Assembly (NCBI GenBank): GCA_937915735.1
Contig: CALGGS010000055.1
Coordinates: 7,881-71,880, forward strand
Direction: 5' to 3'
Source: an uncultured Treponema sp.
GTDB taxonomy: Bacteria; Spirochaetota; Spirochaetia; Treponematales; Treponemataceae
Length of the DNA stretch: 64,000 nucleotides
Part shown: positions 37,553 through 47,735 of the stretch, piece by piece
Position numbering within the stretch: the first letter of the stretch is position 1
Layout: each line of letters starts with the position of its first letter
The notes under the pieces: model-generated
Databases searched by the model: none
The model's input: only the letters and a program-made list of their open reading frames with translations
What the model was told of the DNA's origin: nothing
Made by a program: the position numbers and the translations under genes

Positions 37553-38542
37553 ATGACTCAACTAGAAGGCACTGTTTTAAGTGGAACTAATAATATTTTT
37601 GAAATCGAATGTGACGACAAGAACGACGATGATGTAAACATAATACGCTCCTGCTCATTTAAAAGCAAAAGACTTAAGCTTACCGAAAAATTTTACAATC
37701 CTTTGGCCCCCGGTGACAGGGTTTTAATCGAAATCGAAAATTCAGAAGACGAAAAGGGACAGATTTTATCACTTATTCCCAGAAAAAACGCATTTATACG
37801 CTGGAATGTAAAGGGGCGGGCACCTCAGCTTCTGGCAGCAAATCTGGACTACATAATTTTGGTCACAACTCCCGCTGAACCAGAATTCCGCCCTCGCTTT
37901 ATCGACAGGGAGCTTATACAGGCTGAATATCAGAATTTAACTCCGATTATTCTCGTAAACAAATACGACCTTCCTGAGTCTCAGGATGCAGACTTTCAGA
38001 ACAGGCTCGCGATTTGGGAGGAGCTGGGCTACAAAGTTCTTCGTATTTCCGCAAAAAGTGGCGAAGGCCTGCCAGAGCTGGCGCAGCTTATAACCGGAAG
38101 GCTCAGCGCATTGGTCGGTCAGTCTGGAGTCGGTAAATCCTCGCTCGTAAATGTGCTTGACAACACCTGCGTGCTGAAAACGGGAAGTCTCAGTAAAAAA
38201 TACGGCAAGGGCTCCCATACGACTACGAAAGGCACTTTAATGCATATACATCTGAACGAATCAATCGTCGGTGGCGTTCAGAATGTTTTTGCCTCAATCA
38301 TCGACACTCCGGGTGTCCGTCGATTTGTTTTAAACGACATCGCTTCAGAGGATTTGGCGCTTTATTTCAGGGAATTTGAGCCTTTAATTGGAAAATGCAA
38401 ATTCGGAACAAGGTGTAAGCATGAAGCAGAGCCAGGCTGTAAAATCTTAGAAGCCGTTCAGAACGGAACGATTAGTGAAGAACGCTTTGAAAGCTGGAAA
38501 AGAATAAAAGAAGAGATAAAAACAGGAAGCTGGGAAGATTAA
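37553..38542 (+). CDS. rsgA: Ribosome small subunit-dependent GTPase A
   Basis: NKYD, GQSGVGKSS, HTTT and DTPG motifs plus a CKF..C.H..EPGC zinc site. Confidence 0.95.
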   Translation: MTQLEGTVLSGTNNIFEIECDDKNDDDVNIIRSCSFKSKRLKLTEKFYNPLAPGDRVLIEIENSEDEKGQILSLIPRKNAFIRWNVKGRAPQLLAANLDYIILVTTPAEPEFRPRFIDRELIQAEYQNLTPIILVNKYDLPESQDADFQNRLAIWEELGYKVLRISAKSGEGLPELAQLITGRLSALVGQSGVGKSSLVNVLDNTCVLKTGSLSKKYGKGSHTTTKGTLMHIHLNESIVGGVQNVFASIIDTPGVRRFVLNDIASEDLALYFREFEPLIGKCKFGTRCKHEAEPGCKILEAVQNGTISEERFESWKRIKEEIKTGSWED

Positions 38543-38577
38543 ATTTAAAATCTTCCCTACCCCTTCCTTGATTTTTA

Positions 38578-39822
38578 TTATTTAAATACAATTCGCGAGA
38601 ATTTTTTCTTTCCAGCTCGGAGGACCAATTCTCCGTCACCGTCAAGATTCTCCTGACAAACCTTCATTGTCGGGTCTGTGAGAGCTTTTCCGTTGAGAGA
38701 AGCGCCGTTACCCTGAATCAGTCTGCGGGCATCTCCATTTGAGGCACATAAGCCTGCCTTTACGAAAAGAGAAAGGACTCCGATTCCCGCGTCAAGCTCT
38801 GCTTTAGAAAGCTCAAGGGTCGGCATCTGGGTTTTGTCGCCCTCACCGCTGAAAGCCGCCTTCGCCCCGGCCAGTGCCGAATCTGCCTTTTCCTTTCCGT
38901 GGATTTCCTTGGTGACTTCGTAAGCCAGCCTCTCTTTTGCGGCATTGATGTCGCCTGCACAAATAGACTTAATCTCGTCAATTTCGAGGAAAGTGAAGAG
39001 CTTGAAGAATTTCTCAACATCAGGGTCAGCCACATTTCGCCAGTACTGGAAAAAGTCATAGACGCTGGTGAGGGATTCGTCAAGGAAGATGGCGCCTTTT
39101 TCTGTCTTGCCCATCTTTTTTCCGTCGCTTCGGGTGATTAGCGGGAATGTAAGTCCGTAAACCGTATGCTCCTCGTTCAGCTCTTCCGTGCCGCCCAGTT
39201 TTCGCCGGATTAAGTCAACGCCCGCGGTGATGTTGCCCCACTGGTCGTCTCCGCCAATCTGCAGCTTTACATTGTACCGCTCATGAAGGCGTAAAAAGTC
39301 GAAGCTCTGCAAAAGCTGGTAGTTGAACTCGATGAAAGAAAGCCCCCGCTCCAGCCGCTGTTTGTAAGCCTCGAAGGAGAGCATTTTGTTTACGCTAAAG
39401 CATGAGCCGATGTCACGCAAAAAGTCGATGTAGTTGAGGTCGGCAAGCCAGTCCTTGTTGTTGGCAGAAAAAGCCGTCTTGTTGTCAAAGCCGATGAATT
39501 TATCCAGCTGAGCCTTGATAGTCTCTACATTCTGGTCAATCTGCTCGTAGGAAATCATCTTTCGCATTTCGGTTTTGCCGGAAGGGTCTCCGATTCGGGC
39601 AGTTCCGCCGCCAATCAAAGCGATTCCGATATGTCCTGCTTTTACGAGATGTTTAAGCGCAAAAAACGGAACCATGTGGCCGATATGAAGGCTGGGGCCT
39701 GTAGGGTCACAACCGACATAAAAAGCGACTGGGCCTTTGTCCATTAAGTCAGAAAGACCTTTTTCGTCAGTGCACTGTGCAAAAAAGCCGCGTGCTTTAA
39801 GAGTTTCAAGAGCTTTGTTCAT
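38578..39822 (-). CDS. tyrS: Tyrosine-tRNA ligase
   Basis: DPTGPSLHIGH, QIGGDDQWGNI and KMGKT motifs plus an S4-like C-terminus. Confidence 0.97.
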   Translation of the reverse strand: MNKALETLKARGFFAQCTDEKGLSDLMDKGPVAFYVGCDPTGPSLHIGHMVPFFALKHLVKAGHIGIALIGGGTARIGDPSGKTEMRKMISYEQIDQNVETIKAQLDKFIGFDNKTAFSANNKDWLADLNYIDFLRDIGSCFSVNKMLSFEAYKQRLERGLSFIEFNYQLLQSFDFLRLHERYNVKLQIGGDDQWGNITAGVDLIRRKLGGTEELNEEHTVYGLTFPLITRSDGKKMGKTEKGAIFLDESLTSVYDFFQYWRNVADPDVEKFFKLFTFLEIDEIKSICAGDINAAKERLAYEVTKEIHGKEKADSALAGAKAAFSGEGDKTQMPTLELSKAELDAGIGVLSLFVKAGLCASNGDARRLIQGNGASLNGKALTDPTMKVCQENLDGDGELVLRAGKKKFSRIVFK

Positions 39823-39907
39823 TTTTTATATTTCCTTTTAAAAATATGAGAAAGTATATCTAAAATTTTGAGAAGATTCAATTGAAATTGTGTCTTACAA
39901 ATTGCTA

Positions 39908-41074
39908 TTACTTTCCGACTTCTTCTGTCTGACCGAATTCACAGATTGAGTCGTAGATGTTAGCATGCTCGAGAAGCTCAAGGTTTTTCCGAACTTTTTT
40001 GTAGATTCTGATTTCGCCGCTGCCTGTTCCGCCCAAAATTTTCAGCAACTTTCTTTTTCCCTCAGACATTTCATAATCGCGGACGAACATTTCTTTTCCT
40101 TTGCAGTAGACATCAATATCGATTACGAATTTGCCCTTGTGAACGCTTACGCTCCAATGAACTTTTTCGCCCTCGATGTGGTCCGTAATCTGAGAGCAGT
40201 CGTGAATTATCATATCTTTTTTGAAGATTTTTTTGTTCTCGACGCAGTATTCTTCCCCTTCAATGTTAATAAAAGCACAAAGCTTGCCGCCAAACTCCCC
40301 TTCTAGAGAAAAGCTTGAATTCAGCATAGGTTTTCCTGAAATTATGCTCGTCATTTTTGAGGAAGAAAGATGAAAATACGGGGAATTTAACTTTTCGCCC
40401 CAGGATTTGTCGATATAACCATTTGAAGACTTTGGAAGGACTACGAATTCCTCGCCGTCAAGGCTTACGCTGCCTGAAAAAAGAGTTTTTGAGCCAATGG
40501 GTGTCCAAAGGTAGTTTTTTCGGCTGTAAAGAGGCTCACATTCAATCTCTCGCTCAAATTTCAGGTCCCAGGACATGCTTCCTGCGCTGCACAAAAGCTC
40601 AGGCCTGATTCTTAAATCTTGATGAGTGACAGAAACTGAGCCTGAAAGGGCTTTCAGACCAAAAAGACAGTCTCCGATTTTAAATGTTTCCGTATTTTTT
40701 GTGTAAGAAAGCAATGAAGAGGCATAGAATTTGTTCATGTGCTTTCCGCCAAGCCCGAAAACTCCGGTTTTTACCAAAACATAAGAGGGAATGACCTCAA
40801 GCTCATCGTTTGCATGAGTCGCAGATTCTGTTCCCGCCAGGGCATATTGTAAATCTGCCTCTGAATAAGCAAGCCTTGATTTTTGGCTTATGACGGCTTT
40901 TTTAGGAGAAACTGCGGGATTTACCATATACATTTCGATAAAGAATTTTTTTTCTTGGCCTGTCGATTTGTTTAAGGCCGTAAAAACATATCGCCAGCGC
41001 TCAAAGCCTGTCAGCCGAAGCTTGCCTTTTAGAATATATTGATCGTATCGCTTACTAACCTTTGAATTTGCCAT
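39908..41074 (-). CDS. Hypothetical protein, tocopherol-cyclase-like
   Basis: FERWRY, SWDLKF and GYIDKSWG motifs. Likely ATG 41074. Confidence 0.6.
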   Translation of the reverse strand: MANSKVSKRYDQYILKGKLRLTGFERWRYVFTALNKSTGQEKKFFIEMYMVNPAVSPKKAVISQKSRLAYSEADLQYALAGTESATHANDELEVIPSYVLVKTGVFGLGGKHMNKFYASSLLSYTKNTETFKIGDCLFGLKALSGSVSVTHQDLRIRPELLCSAGSMSWDLKFEREIECEPLYSRKNYLWTPIGSKTLFSGSVSLDGEEFVVLPKSSNGYIDKSWGEKLNSPYFHLSSSKMTSIISGKPMLNSSFSLEGEFGGKLCAFINIEGEEYCVENKKIFKKDMIIHDCSQITDHIEGEKVHWSVSVHKGKFVIDIDVYCKGKEMFVRDYEMSEGKRKLLKILGGTGSGEIRIYKKVRKNLELLEHANIYDSICEFGQTEEVGK

Positions 41075-41182
41075 AATTTGCCCACCAAAGAAAATCAAAA
41101 ACAATTTCCTTCTTTATTTTTCGGATTATTTAAAGAAAACTTTAGGAAATGAGAGAAACGAGCGATGGGCTCTTTAATAATT

Positions 41183-41404
41183 TTATTTTAAAAATTTGTT
41201 GAGCGTTGAGTCGATGTCCTCTTTTTCGAGAGGAAAATGCTCGTCGAGATATGCAAGGCACTGCATGCCTGCCATCTGAACATGCTCAAACCAAATTCTG
41301 TAAAGCTCAGGCTCCAGGTCGTCGCTGGGAACGGGAGCACCCTGAATATCAGAGACAAGCTGCCTCATCATCTTTATACAAGTGTCAAATTTTTCGTTCT
41401 TCAT
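41183..41404 (-). CDS. Small hypothetical protein
   Basis: 73-aa ORF starting 8 nt after the peptidase stop codon. Confidence 0.6.
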   Translation of the reverse strand: MKNEKFDTCIKMMRQLVSDIQGAPVPSDDLEPELYRIWFEHVQMAGMQCLAYLDEHFPLEKEDIDSTLNKFLK

Positions 41405-41412
41405 AGTCAAAA

Positions 41413-44400
41413 TTATAACGGTAATTCTACAACTTTTCCACTAAAACCGCTGTCTTTTAATGATTTTTTAGGACAAATTATGGAAATTTTCTTAAAATTC
41501 TCTAAAATTTCTGTTGAAAGTGAATTTTCGTAAAGTCGCTTGAAGGCTTGTTTTAAGTCCTGAGACTTTGTATTTAAAATTCCCAGGATTTTTTCTTCAC
41601 GGTCACTGTCGGTGATTCCGTACAAAAGACGGGGCAGAGCGCTGCTTCCCCGACCCTTTGGTGACTGCCTCTGAATAAAGTGATTGTAGAAGCCCATAAC
41701 CGCAGCCTCACATTCTTCTTCAGTGAAATCGATTTCACTTGCTTCCTTTAGGCACTCAGAAAAGGCTTCACAGGATTCAAGGGGTGACGGATCACGGTAA
41801 GTCGCAAAAATCATTGCCCCGCTCATTGGCTCTGAATTACAGAAGGCTCCGTAAGCGCCGCCAATTGTCCTGATTTTTTCCCAAAGCAGATTGTTTGAAA
41901 GCCAGTGTGAGCAGACTTCCTCGGCATAGCTTTCTTTTTCTTCATATTTTGAGGCAGTAATGGCTTTTGCGGCAAAGCCGATTTGTGAAGAGACTGTGAA
42001 GGCTTCGTTTTCCCCGCTGTCTGTCAAGGCAAAAAAGTCTTCATCACTCGCCTTTCGCGCGTTTTTCGGCTCACGGATTTTCGCATCGTTTATAAAATTG
42101 TGCAAAATTGTGCTTAGTTTTTCAAAGCCAGATTTTTCTGCCGTGATATGAATGATTGAACCTGCCTCCTTTAGCTCTGAGAAAATCCGCCTGAAGTTTT
42201 TTGCCGTTTCTTCGACATTATTATCTGCAATTTTTTTGAGGGAAAAATATTGGGAAAGTCCATTCCAGATTTCGTCAACGGCAGTTTTTCTTGATTTAGT
42301 GCACAAAACGCGGTTTGAGACAAAAATGTGTCCGTCAGGAATGACAGATGCTTCAAAATCATTGCGAGATTCTGAGAGAATGTCTTTGAGTCTCTTCGTG
42401 TCTGAAAAATCCGTAGCTGTCAGGCAATCGCATAGAAGGGAAAGGGCTTTTTCTGCCTTTTCTTCAAGGAAAGAAAGCCTGAAAATAAGCCAGTCCCGGT
42501 TAATCCACTTGTATTTCTTTGAAAGCTCCAGCGCATTTTTTGTTTTAGGTCCTTCCATCGTAAGAAGACTGACTCCAAGTCCGCCGGTGTGAAGGGCGAA
42601 TTCCTCGCTTGCTTTTGCCCAGTTGAGATTTTTAAAGCCACATTCTGTTACGCAATCAGAAAATGCCGGCAAGACCGGGTAGTCGCTGACCTTCAGGACA
42701 TCGGTAGGAAAGCCCAAATCAAAGTAAACGATTCCGTTGGTATTCTCCTCATTTTTTATGAATGGAACCTTAGAGCCGTCAAATCCTGGTATAAAATCAA
42801 TGTCTGTTTTGATTCTGTTCATCATTGGCTTTCCGTCAGTGATAAAATCCTTAGGACTCAGGTGAGGAATACATGAGACATCTTCCTCGACAGACTGAAA
42901 TTGGTGAAGCTTTTCGTTTTCTTTTTTGATTTCCTCAAGAGAGTGAGTTTTTAAGTACTCTTTTATTCTTTCTTTTTCTGCCCTTTCGCGCTTTTTTGTG
43001 TATGAGGCTGTGGGCCTTACAATTACAAGGGATCGTTCCCGGTTCTCAACAAGAAGTTTTTTTATGAGATTTTTAAGGTATGAGTCATCACTTTGAATTT
43101 TCCGCTTTATTTCATCGATATGAGTTCGGAGACGGATTTGATTTTCAAGCCCATCTCCGTAAAGCCAGCCGTAAATCGGTCGGGACATAAGGTTTATGGC
43201 AAAGGGCCCGTGCCCCCGCTTTATTTCCCGATGAGAAAATTCCAGGGTCGCAAGAGTTGAGTCGATGTCTTTTTTTGAGATTCCGTTTTCATAGAGTTTT
43301 TGAATCGTCTTTAACACGCAGGATTCAACTTTTTTTTCGTCCCCCTTTTTGACGCCCCGAAGTCCAATCGTAAAGATTGATGTGTAAATCGACGAGAAAA
43401 GTCCGCTCTGAGGAGCTGTATCTTCGCCAAGTGAGCTTTCAATTAGCGCTTTTTGCAGGGGGGAGCCGTCATGGTTACAGAGGATTCCTGTCAGAATCAT
43501 TTTTTCTGTCGCACTGAGAGCATTTTCTGCCCTGCCAAAGTTCCAATTTAAAAGAACCGTGTTTTTCTCTTCTCCGTCTCCGCTAGGTCCTTCCTCATAA
43601 ATCGTAAGTGGCTCGGTGATTTTTTTGGGGGTAACAAGAGCCAAAAAGTCGGAAATTCGCTTTTTTCTGGCTTCTTCGCTTACATCCAGAGAAGGGAATT
43701 TTTTTTCCAGTCTGTCTAAAAAATTCGTCTGTAAGAAATCAAGCTGCTCTTCTGTCGGGATATTTCCGTTTAGAAACACAAGGCAGTTGTCAGGCCTGTA
43801 CCAGGTTTTATGAAAATTCAAAAAATCCTCGTAGCTACAATCAGGAATTTCTAAAGGGTCGCCGCCTGAGTCTTTTTCATAAATCGAACCTTTTAAAAGA
43901 CTTGTAAGAGAAATGTCAGAGGCTACGCTTTCAAAGGAAGCATAACTCCCCTTCATTTCGTTATAAACTACGCCCTGAATTGACACATCTCCATTTTCGT
44001 CCGCTTCAAAGCGATGCGCTTCCTGCATAAAAATTTCGCGGTCAAGCCTTGGGAAAAAAACTGCATCTCCGTAAACGGACATCAGATTAAAATAATCTGC
44101 CTTTGAAATTGAGCTTGCAGGGTAAACGGTTTTGTCAGGGTAAGTCATTGCGTTAAGGTAAGTCTTTACGCTCTGATTTGAAAGGACTACGAACGGGTCT
44201 TTTAAAGGATATTTTTCTGAACCACAGAGGACAGAGTGCTCTATGATATGAGCAAGCCCTGTCGCCTTTGGATTTGGAGTCCTGAAGGCAAAGGCAAAAA
44301 GGTTTTCATCATCATCATTTAGGAGATGAAAGACTTCAAGCCCTGTTTTTGTGTGGCGCAAATGAATTGCAGTTGAATGATAGTCCTGAATTTCAAATAC

Positions 44401-44463
44401 GTTTAAGATTTCAAAAGCCTTGTATTTTTCACCAGTTTTTAGATTATTTGACATAGAGTTCAT
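41413..44463 (-). CDS. M16C insulinase-family (PreP-like) metallopeptidase
   Basis: HIIEH inverted zincin motif, LNAMTYPDKT, GVVYNEMKG, IRTIGGAYG and YRDP. Confidence 0.93.
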   Translation of the reverse strand: MNSMSNNLKTGEKYKAFEILNVFEIQDYHSTAIHLRHTKTGLEVFHLLNDDDENLFAFAFRTPNPKATGLAHIIEHSVLCGSEKYPLKDPFVVLSNQSVKTYLNAMTYPDKTVYPASSISKADYFNLMSVYGDAVFFPRLDREIFMQEAHRFEADENGDVSIQGVVYNEMKGSYASFESVASDISLTSLLKGSIYEKDSGGDPLEIPDCSYEDFLNFHKTWYRPDNCLVFLNGNIPTEEQLDFLQTNFLDRLEKKFPSLDVSEEARKKRISDFLALVTPKKITEPLTIYEEGPSGDGEEKNTVLLNWNFGRAENALSATEKMILTGILCNHDGSPLQKALIESSLGEDTAPQSGLFSSIYTSIFTIGLRGVKKGDEKKVESCVLKTIQKLYENGISKKDIDSTLATLEFSHREIKRGHGPFAINLMSRPIYGWLYGDGLENQIRLRTHIDEIKRKIQSDDSYLKNLIKKLLVENRERSLVIVRPTASYTKKRERAEKERIKEYLKTHSLEEIKKENEKLHQFQSVEEDVSCIPHLSPKDFITDGKPMMNRIKTDIDFIPGFDGSKVPFIKNEENTNGIVYFDLGFPTDVLKVSDYPVLPAFSDCVTECGFKNLNWAKASEEFALHTGGLGVSLLTMEGPKTKNALELSKKYKWINRDWLIFRLSFLEEKAEKALSLLCDCLTATDFSDTKRLKDILSESRNDFEASVIPDGHIFVSNRVLCTKSRKTAVDEIWNGLSQYFSLKKIADNNVEETAKNFRRIFSELKEAGSIIHITAEKSGFEKLSTILHNFINDAKIREPKNARKASDEDFFALTDSGENEAFTVSSQIGFAAKAITASKYEEKESYAEEVCSHWLSNNLLWEKIRTIGGAYGAFCNSEPMSGAMIFATYRDPSPLESCEAFSECLKEASEIDFTEEECEAAVMGFYNHFIQRQSPKGRGSSALPRLLYGITDSDREEKILGILNTKSQDLKQAFKRLYENSLSTEILENFKKISIICPKKSLKDSGFSGKVVELPL

Positions 44464-45775
44464 CGTCCCGTCCCTTTATGTAAAGATTTCCGTCTTCCCA
44501 AGCACGGCGCAATATCGCAAAAAATTGAGAGGTTGCCTTGTCGCAGTCACTTTTCCGCATTGGCTTTAAGAAATCTTCTGTTTCGATAATTGATTTTCGC
44601 CTGTTCTCCGATACATTCGATAAGATTTTCTGCCTGAAATCGTCGTTTTTGCCGGCAATCAGATATGCAATCTCTTCTTCGTCCATATCATGAAGCTTGT
44701 CCTGAATAAAGCGGTCGTCTGCGTTTATTATATCTTCGCTCGTAAAAAGCCTTTCCCGTAAGTCTTCGCCTAAAGCGGCGTCAGTTTCTGCAAGGTTATT
44801 TAAGATTCCCTCTTCGGCTTCGGGACTCATTCGTTTTAAAATCTGGGCGAGGACATTCTTTCCGTCGATTGAATCAGATTTTGAAGTCGCCTGCCTGTTC
44901 ATTTTTTCTTGCAAGGATTTGTCAACCCTCTGGACTATTTCCGGGGAGATTTTTGTGAGTCGGGCAAGTCTCATAACGACATCTTTTTTGTCGTCAGTTG
45001 AAAGAGTATTTATTACTTGCGCAGAAGTTTTTGGCTTTAGATAAGAAAGTACAAGTGCCTTCACGGCGTTTGATTCGTCCTTAAGCAAAAAAGAAACCCT
45101 GTCGCTGTCGGCCTCACTGAGATATTCAAAGGGCTTGCCTGAAATATTGCTCGTAGTTTTTTCAAGGATTACGCTAGCCTTGTGAGTTCCGAAGGCTTTT
45201 TCAAGAATCGCCCTCGCGGTGTCAATTCCGCCCTCTTCACGGGCCTGCTTAACTAAGCCCTGAAATTCCTCTAAAATTTCCTTTGCTTCGTCCGGCTCCA
45301 CATAGCGGATTGAAGCGATTTCAGGGATTATTTTTTCTGTCTGCTCTTCGGTTAAGTGCGGTAAGATTTTTGCCGCTTCATCGACGCCAATGAGCATTAA
45401 AAACTTTGCGACCCGGCGGTAGATGTTTTCTTTTCCGTCTTTCTCCCGGGGACTTTCAGGAACTTTTATTAAGCCGCCTGATGTCAAAGCTTTAGCCGCA
45501 ATCCGGGCGGATTCGTTTCCCTGGAAATTTTCATCGCTAAGCTGCGGGAAAAATCTCTTGTCAAAAATTTCGTTTATACTTTTGCGCGGAGACGAGTCAT
45601 TCTTAGGGCGGTTGAAAGCTGTACTGTCATTCTGCGGGCGATTTTCTGCCGAAGAATCTTTTTTCGTAATTTTTTCAAAAATCGGCGTAAAAACCTGCCT
45701 TTCACTGTTATTATCGGAAGAATCAGCTTTGCCTGAGCTTTTGTAGGCGTTGATTCCATAAGAATTCAGATTCAT
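44444..45775 (-). CDS. fliG: Flagellar motor switch protein FliG paralogue
   Basis: RVAKFLMLIGVDEAAKIL, GGIDTARAILEKAFG and LRERLFT motifs, with an N-terminal extension. Confidence 0.85.
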   Translation of the reverse strand: MNLNSYGINAYKSSGKADSSDNNSERQVFTPIFEKITKKDSSAENRPQNDSTAFNRPKNDSSPRKSINEIFDKRFFPQLSDENFQGNESARIAAKALTSGGLIKVPESPREKDGKENIYRRVAKFLMLIGVDEAAKILPHLTEEQTEKIIPEIASIRYVEPDEAKEILEEFQGLVKQAREEGGIDTARAILEKAFGTHKASVILEKTTSNISGKPFEYLSEADSDRVSFLLKDESNAVKALVLSYLKPKTSAQVINTLSTDDKKDVVMRLARLTKISPEIVQRVDKSLQEKMNRQATSKSDSIDGKNVLAQILKRMSPEAEEGILNNLAETDAALGEDLRERLFTSEDIINADDRFIQDKLHDMDEEEIAYLIAGKNDDFRQKILSNVSENRRKSIIETEDFLKPMRKSDCDKATSQFFAILRRAWEDGNLYIKGRDDELYVK

Positions 45776-45854
45776 AAGATGTATTTTACCGTTAAAATGA
45801 GAGATTTACAATGTGCATTTGCGTTTATCGCCGTCTTATGGTAATCTCTTTTTT

Positions 45855-47006
45855 ATGAATCAGAACACGACCGAACAGAATGAATATCAGGCGAAAATTT
45901 TCAGCAACAGGCTTTCCAAAAAATATAAAAGCCTGCGAAAATGGGCCAGACGGGAAAGAGTTACCTGCTATCGCCTTTATGACCGTGACATTCCGGAGGT
46001 TCCTCTCGCCGTCGATTTGTATGAGGCTCTGCCTGACGGAATGGACTCAAAGGTTGAAGCGGCAAAATTTTACAGGGATGAGGACGCAAGAATTTCCGCA
46101 AATGACCTTTCGGTAGTCAGAAATAAAAACGAACGGTTGTTCGTGCACCTTTATTTATATGAGAGACCGTATGAAAAATCAGACAGTGATGAGGAGCTTT
46201 GGCTTGATACGATGGCAAAAGCTGTCAGCCAGACTCTTGAAATTCCAGAAAATCGGGTTATAAAAAAGCTTCGTAAAAAACAAAAAGGCGAAAGTCAGTA
46301 CGAAAAAATAGACTCCAAGCTAACTATCGAAAGTTATGTGCAGGAGTGCGGGCAGCTTTTTAAAGTAAATTTGAGTGACTATTTAGATACGGGACTTTTT
46401 TTTGATCACCGCCCCTTGCGCTCGGTGGTCCGGAATACTTGTGCAGGAAAGTCAGTTTTAAATCTTTTTTGTTACACCGCATCTTTTTCTGTATATGCGG
46501 CAGAAGGAAAGGCTCGCCGTGTTGAAAGCGTTGATTTAAGTAATACTTACATTGAATGGGCTAAATTTAACTTTGCCTTAAATGATTTTAATCCTGACGA
46601 TAAACGCTTTGTCTTTACCAGAGCCGATGTGACGGGCTTTTTAAATCAGAAAAATGCGGAGGTTCCAAATGAAGACGGCTCTAACCGGTATGACATTATT
46701 ATTTTAGACCCGCCTACTTTCTCCAATTCTAAGGCAACTAAAAATACTCTCGACATAAACCGGGACTGGCCTTCGCTTGTCACAAAATGCCTGAATCTTT
46801 TAAATCCGGACGGGGTTTTGTATTTTTCAACAAATTCTCACAGGCTGAAGTTTGAGGAAAATCTGATTCCAAAGGCAACTGAAGGCGGCAGTAAAATCAA
46901 GATTTTTGATATGACAGAAAAAAGTCTTCCTGAGGATTTTAAAGGAACGAAAGCCCACAGATTGTGGAAGCTTGTACTGGAAAGGGAGGAGACCCGCCCG
47001 CTTTAG
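45855..47006 (+). CDS. Class I SAM-dependent rRNA methyltransferase (RlmK/RlmI-like)
   Basis: YRLYDRDIPE, DYLDTGLFFDHR, VLNLFCYT and DPPTFSNSK motifs. Confidence 0.88.
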   Translation: MNQNTTEQNEYQAKIFSNRLSKKYKSLRKWARRERVTCYRLYDRDIPEVPLAVDLYEALPDGMDSKVEAAKFYRDEDARISANDLSVVRNKNERLFVHLYLYERPYEKSDSDEELWLDTMAKAVSQTLEIPENRVIKKLRKKQKGESQYEKIDSKLTIESYVQECGQLFKVNLSDYLDTGLFFDHRPLRSVVRNTCAGKSVLNLFCYTASFSVYAAEGKARRVESVDLSNTYIEWAKFNFALNDFNPDDKRFVFTRADVTGFLNQKNAEVPNEDGSNRYDIIILDPPTFSNSKATKNTLDINRDWPSLVTKCLNLLNPDGVLYFSTNSHRLKFEENLIPKATEGGSKIKIFDMTEKSLPEDFKGTKAHRLWKLVLEREETRPL

Positions 47007-47734
47007 TTTTTAAGGCCCAGCTCAAGGCAGGCTTTTTGGGCAACATTCTGCTCGGCTTCTTTTTTGGTCTTTCCGCTTTCTGGACCGTAGCTTGCATTTT
47101 TAAGGTGAACCGTAACCCAAAAGGTTCTGTCATGGTCTGGCCCGCTTTCTTTTACAAGCTCATAGACAGGAACTGTTTTATATTTTTTTTGATGGGCTTC
47201 CTGCAGCATGGATTTGTAATCCTTTGCGCCCTTGTCTGACATATAATTTTCAATAGCGGGAATCATAAAGGACAGAACAAGCTTTTCAGCAGCCTTGTAG
47301 CCAGAATCAAGATAATACGCTCCGATTACGGCCTCAACTGCATCAGCGAGTATTGCCCTTTTTGTGCGTCCCCCGCTCATTTCCTCGCCTTTTCCGAGAA
47401 TAAGCATTTTGTCGATTCCGATTTTAAGGCCGATTGGCCCCAAGCTCTGCTCGCTTACGACAAAGCTTTTTATTTTCGCAAGGTCTCCCTCTGGGTTTTC
47501 ATAAAAATGCTCGTAAAGATATGTTGCCGTCGCCATTCCAAGCACGCTGTCGCCTAAGAATTCAAGGCGTTCGTTGTTCTCGCTCTTTTTTGCGTTTCCC
47601 TCATTTGAAAAGGAACGGTGGGTAAAAGCGAGCTGCAGCAAATTGAGGTTCGAGAATTTTATGGAAATTCCTTTCGCAAAGGAATTTAACTCTTTTATTC
47701 TGTCGGGAGAAAGAGTTTTTTTAGATAAAAGCAA
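47003..47734 (-). CDS. rnc: Ribonuclease III
   Basis: NERLEFLGDSVL signature and a dsRBD. Confidence 0.97.
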   Translation of the reverse strand: MLLSKKTLSPDRIKELNSFAKGISIKFSNLNLLQLAFTHRSFSNEGNAKKSENNERLEFLGDSVLGMATATYLYEHFYENPEGDLAKIKSFVVSEQSLGPIGLKIGIDKMLILGKGEEMSGGRTKRAILADAVEAVIGAYYLDSGYKAAEKLVLSFMIPAIENYMSDKGAKDYKSMLQEAHQKKYKTVPVYELVKESGPDHDRTFWVTVHLKNASYGPESGKTKKEAEQNVAQKACLELGLKN

Positions 47735-47735
47735 G

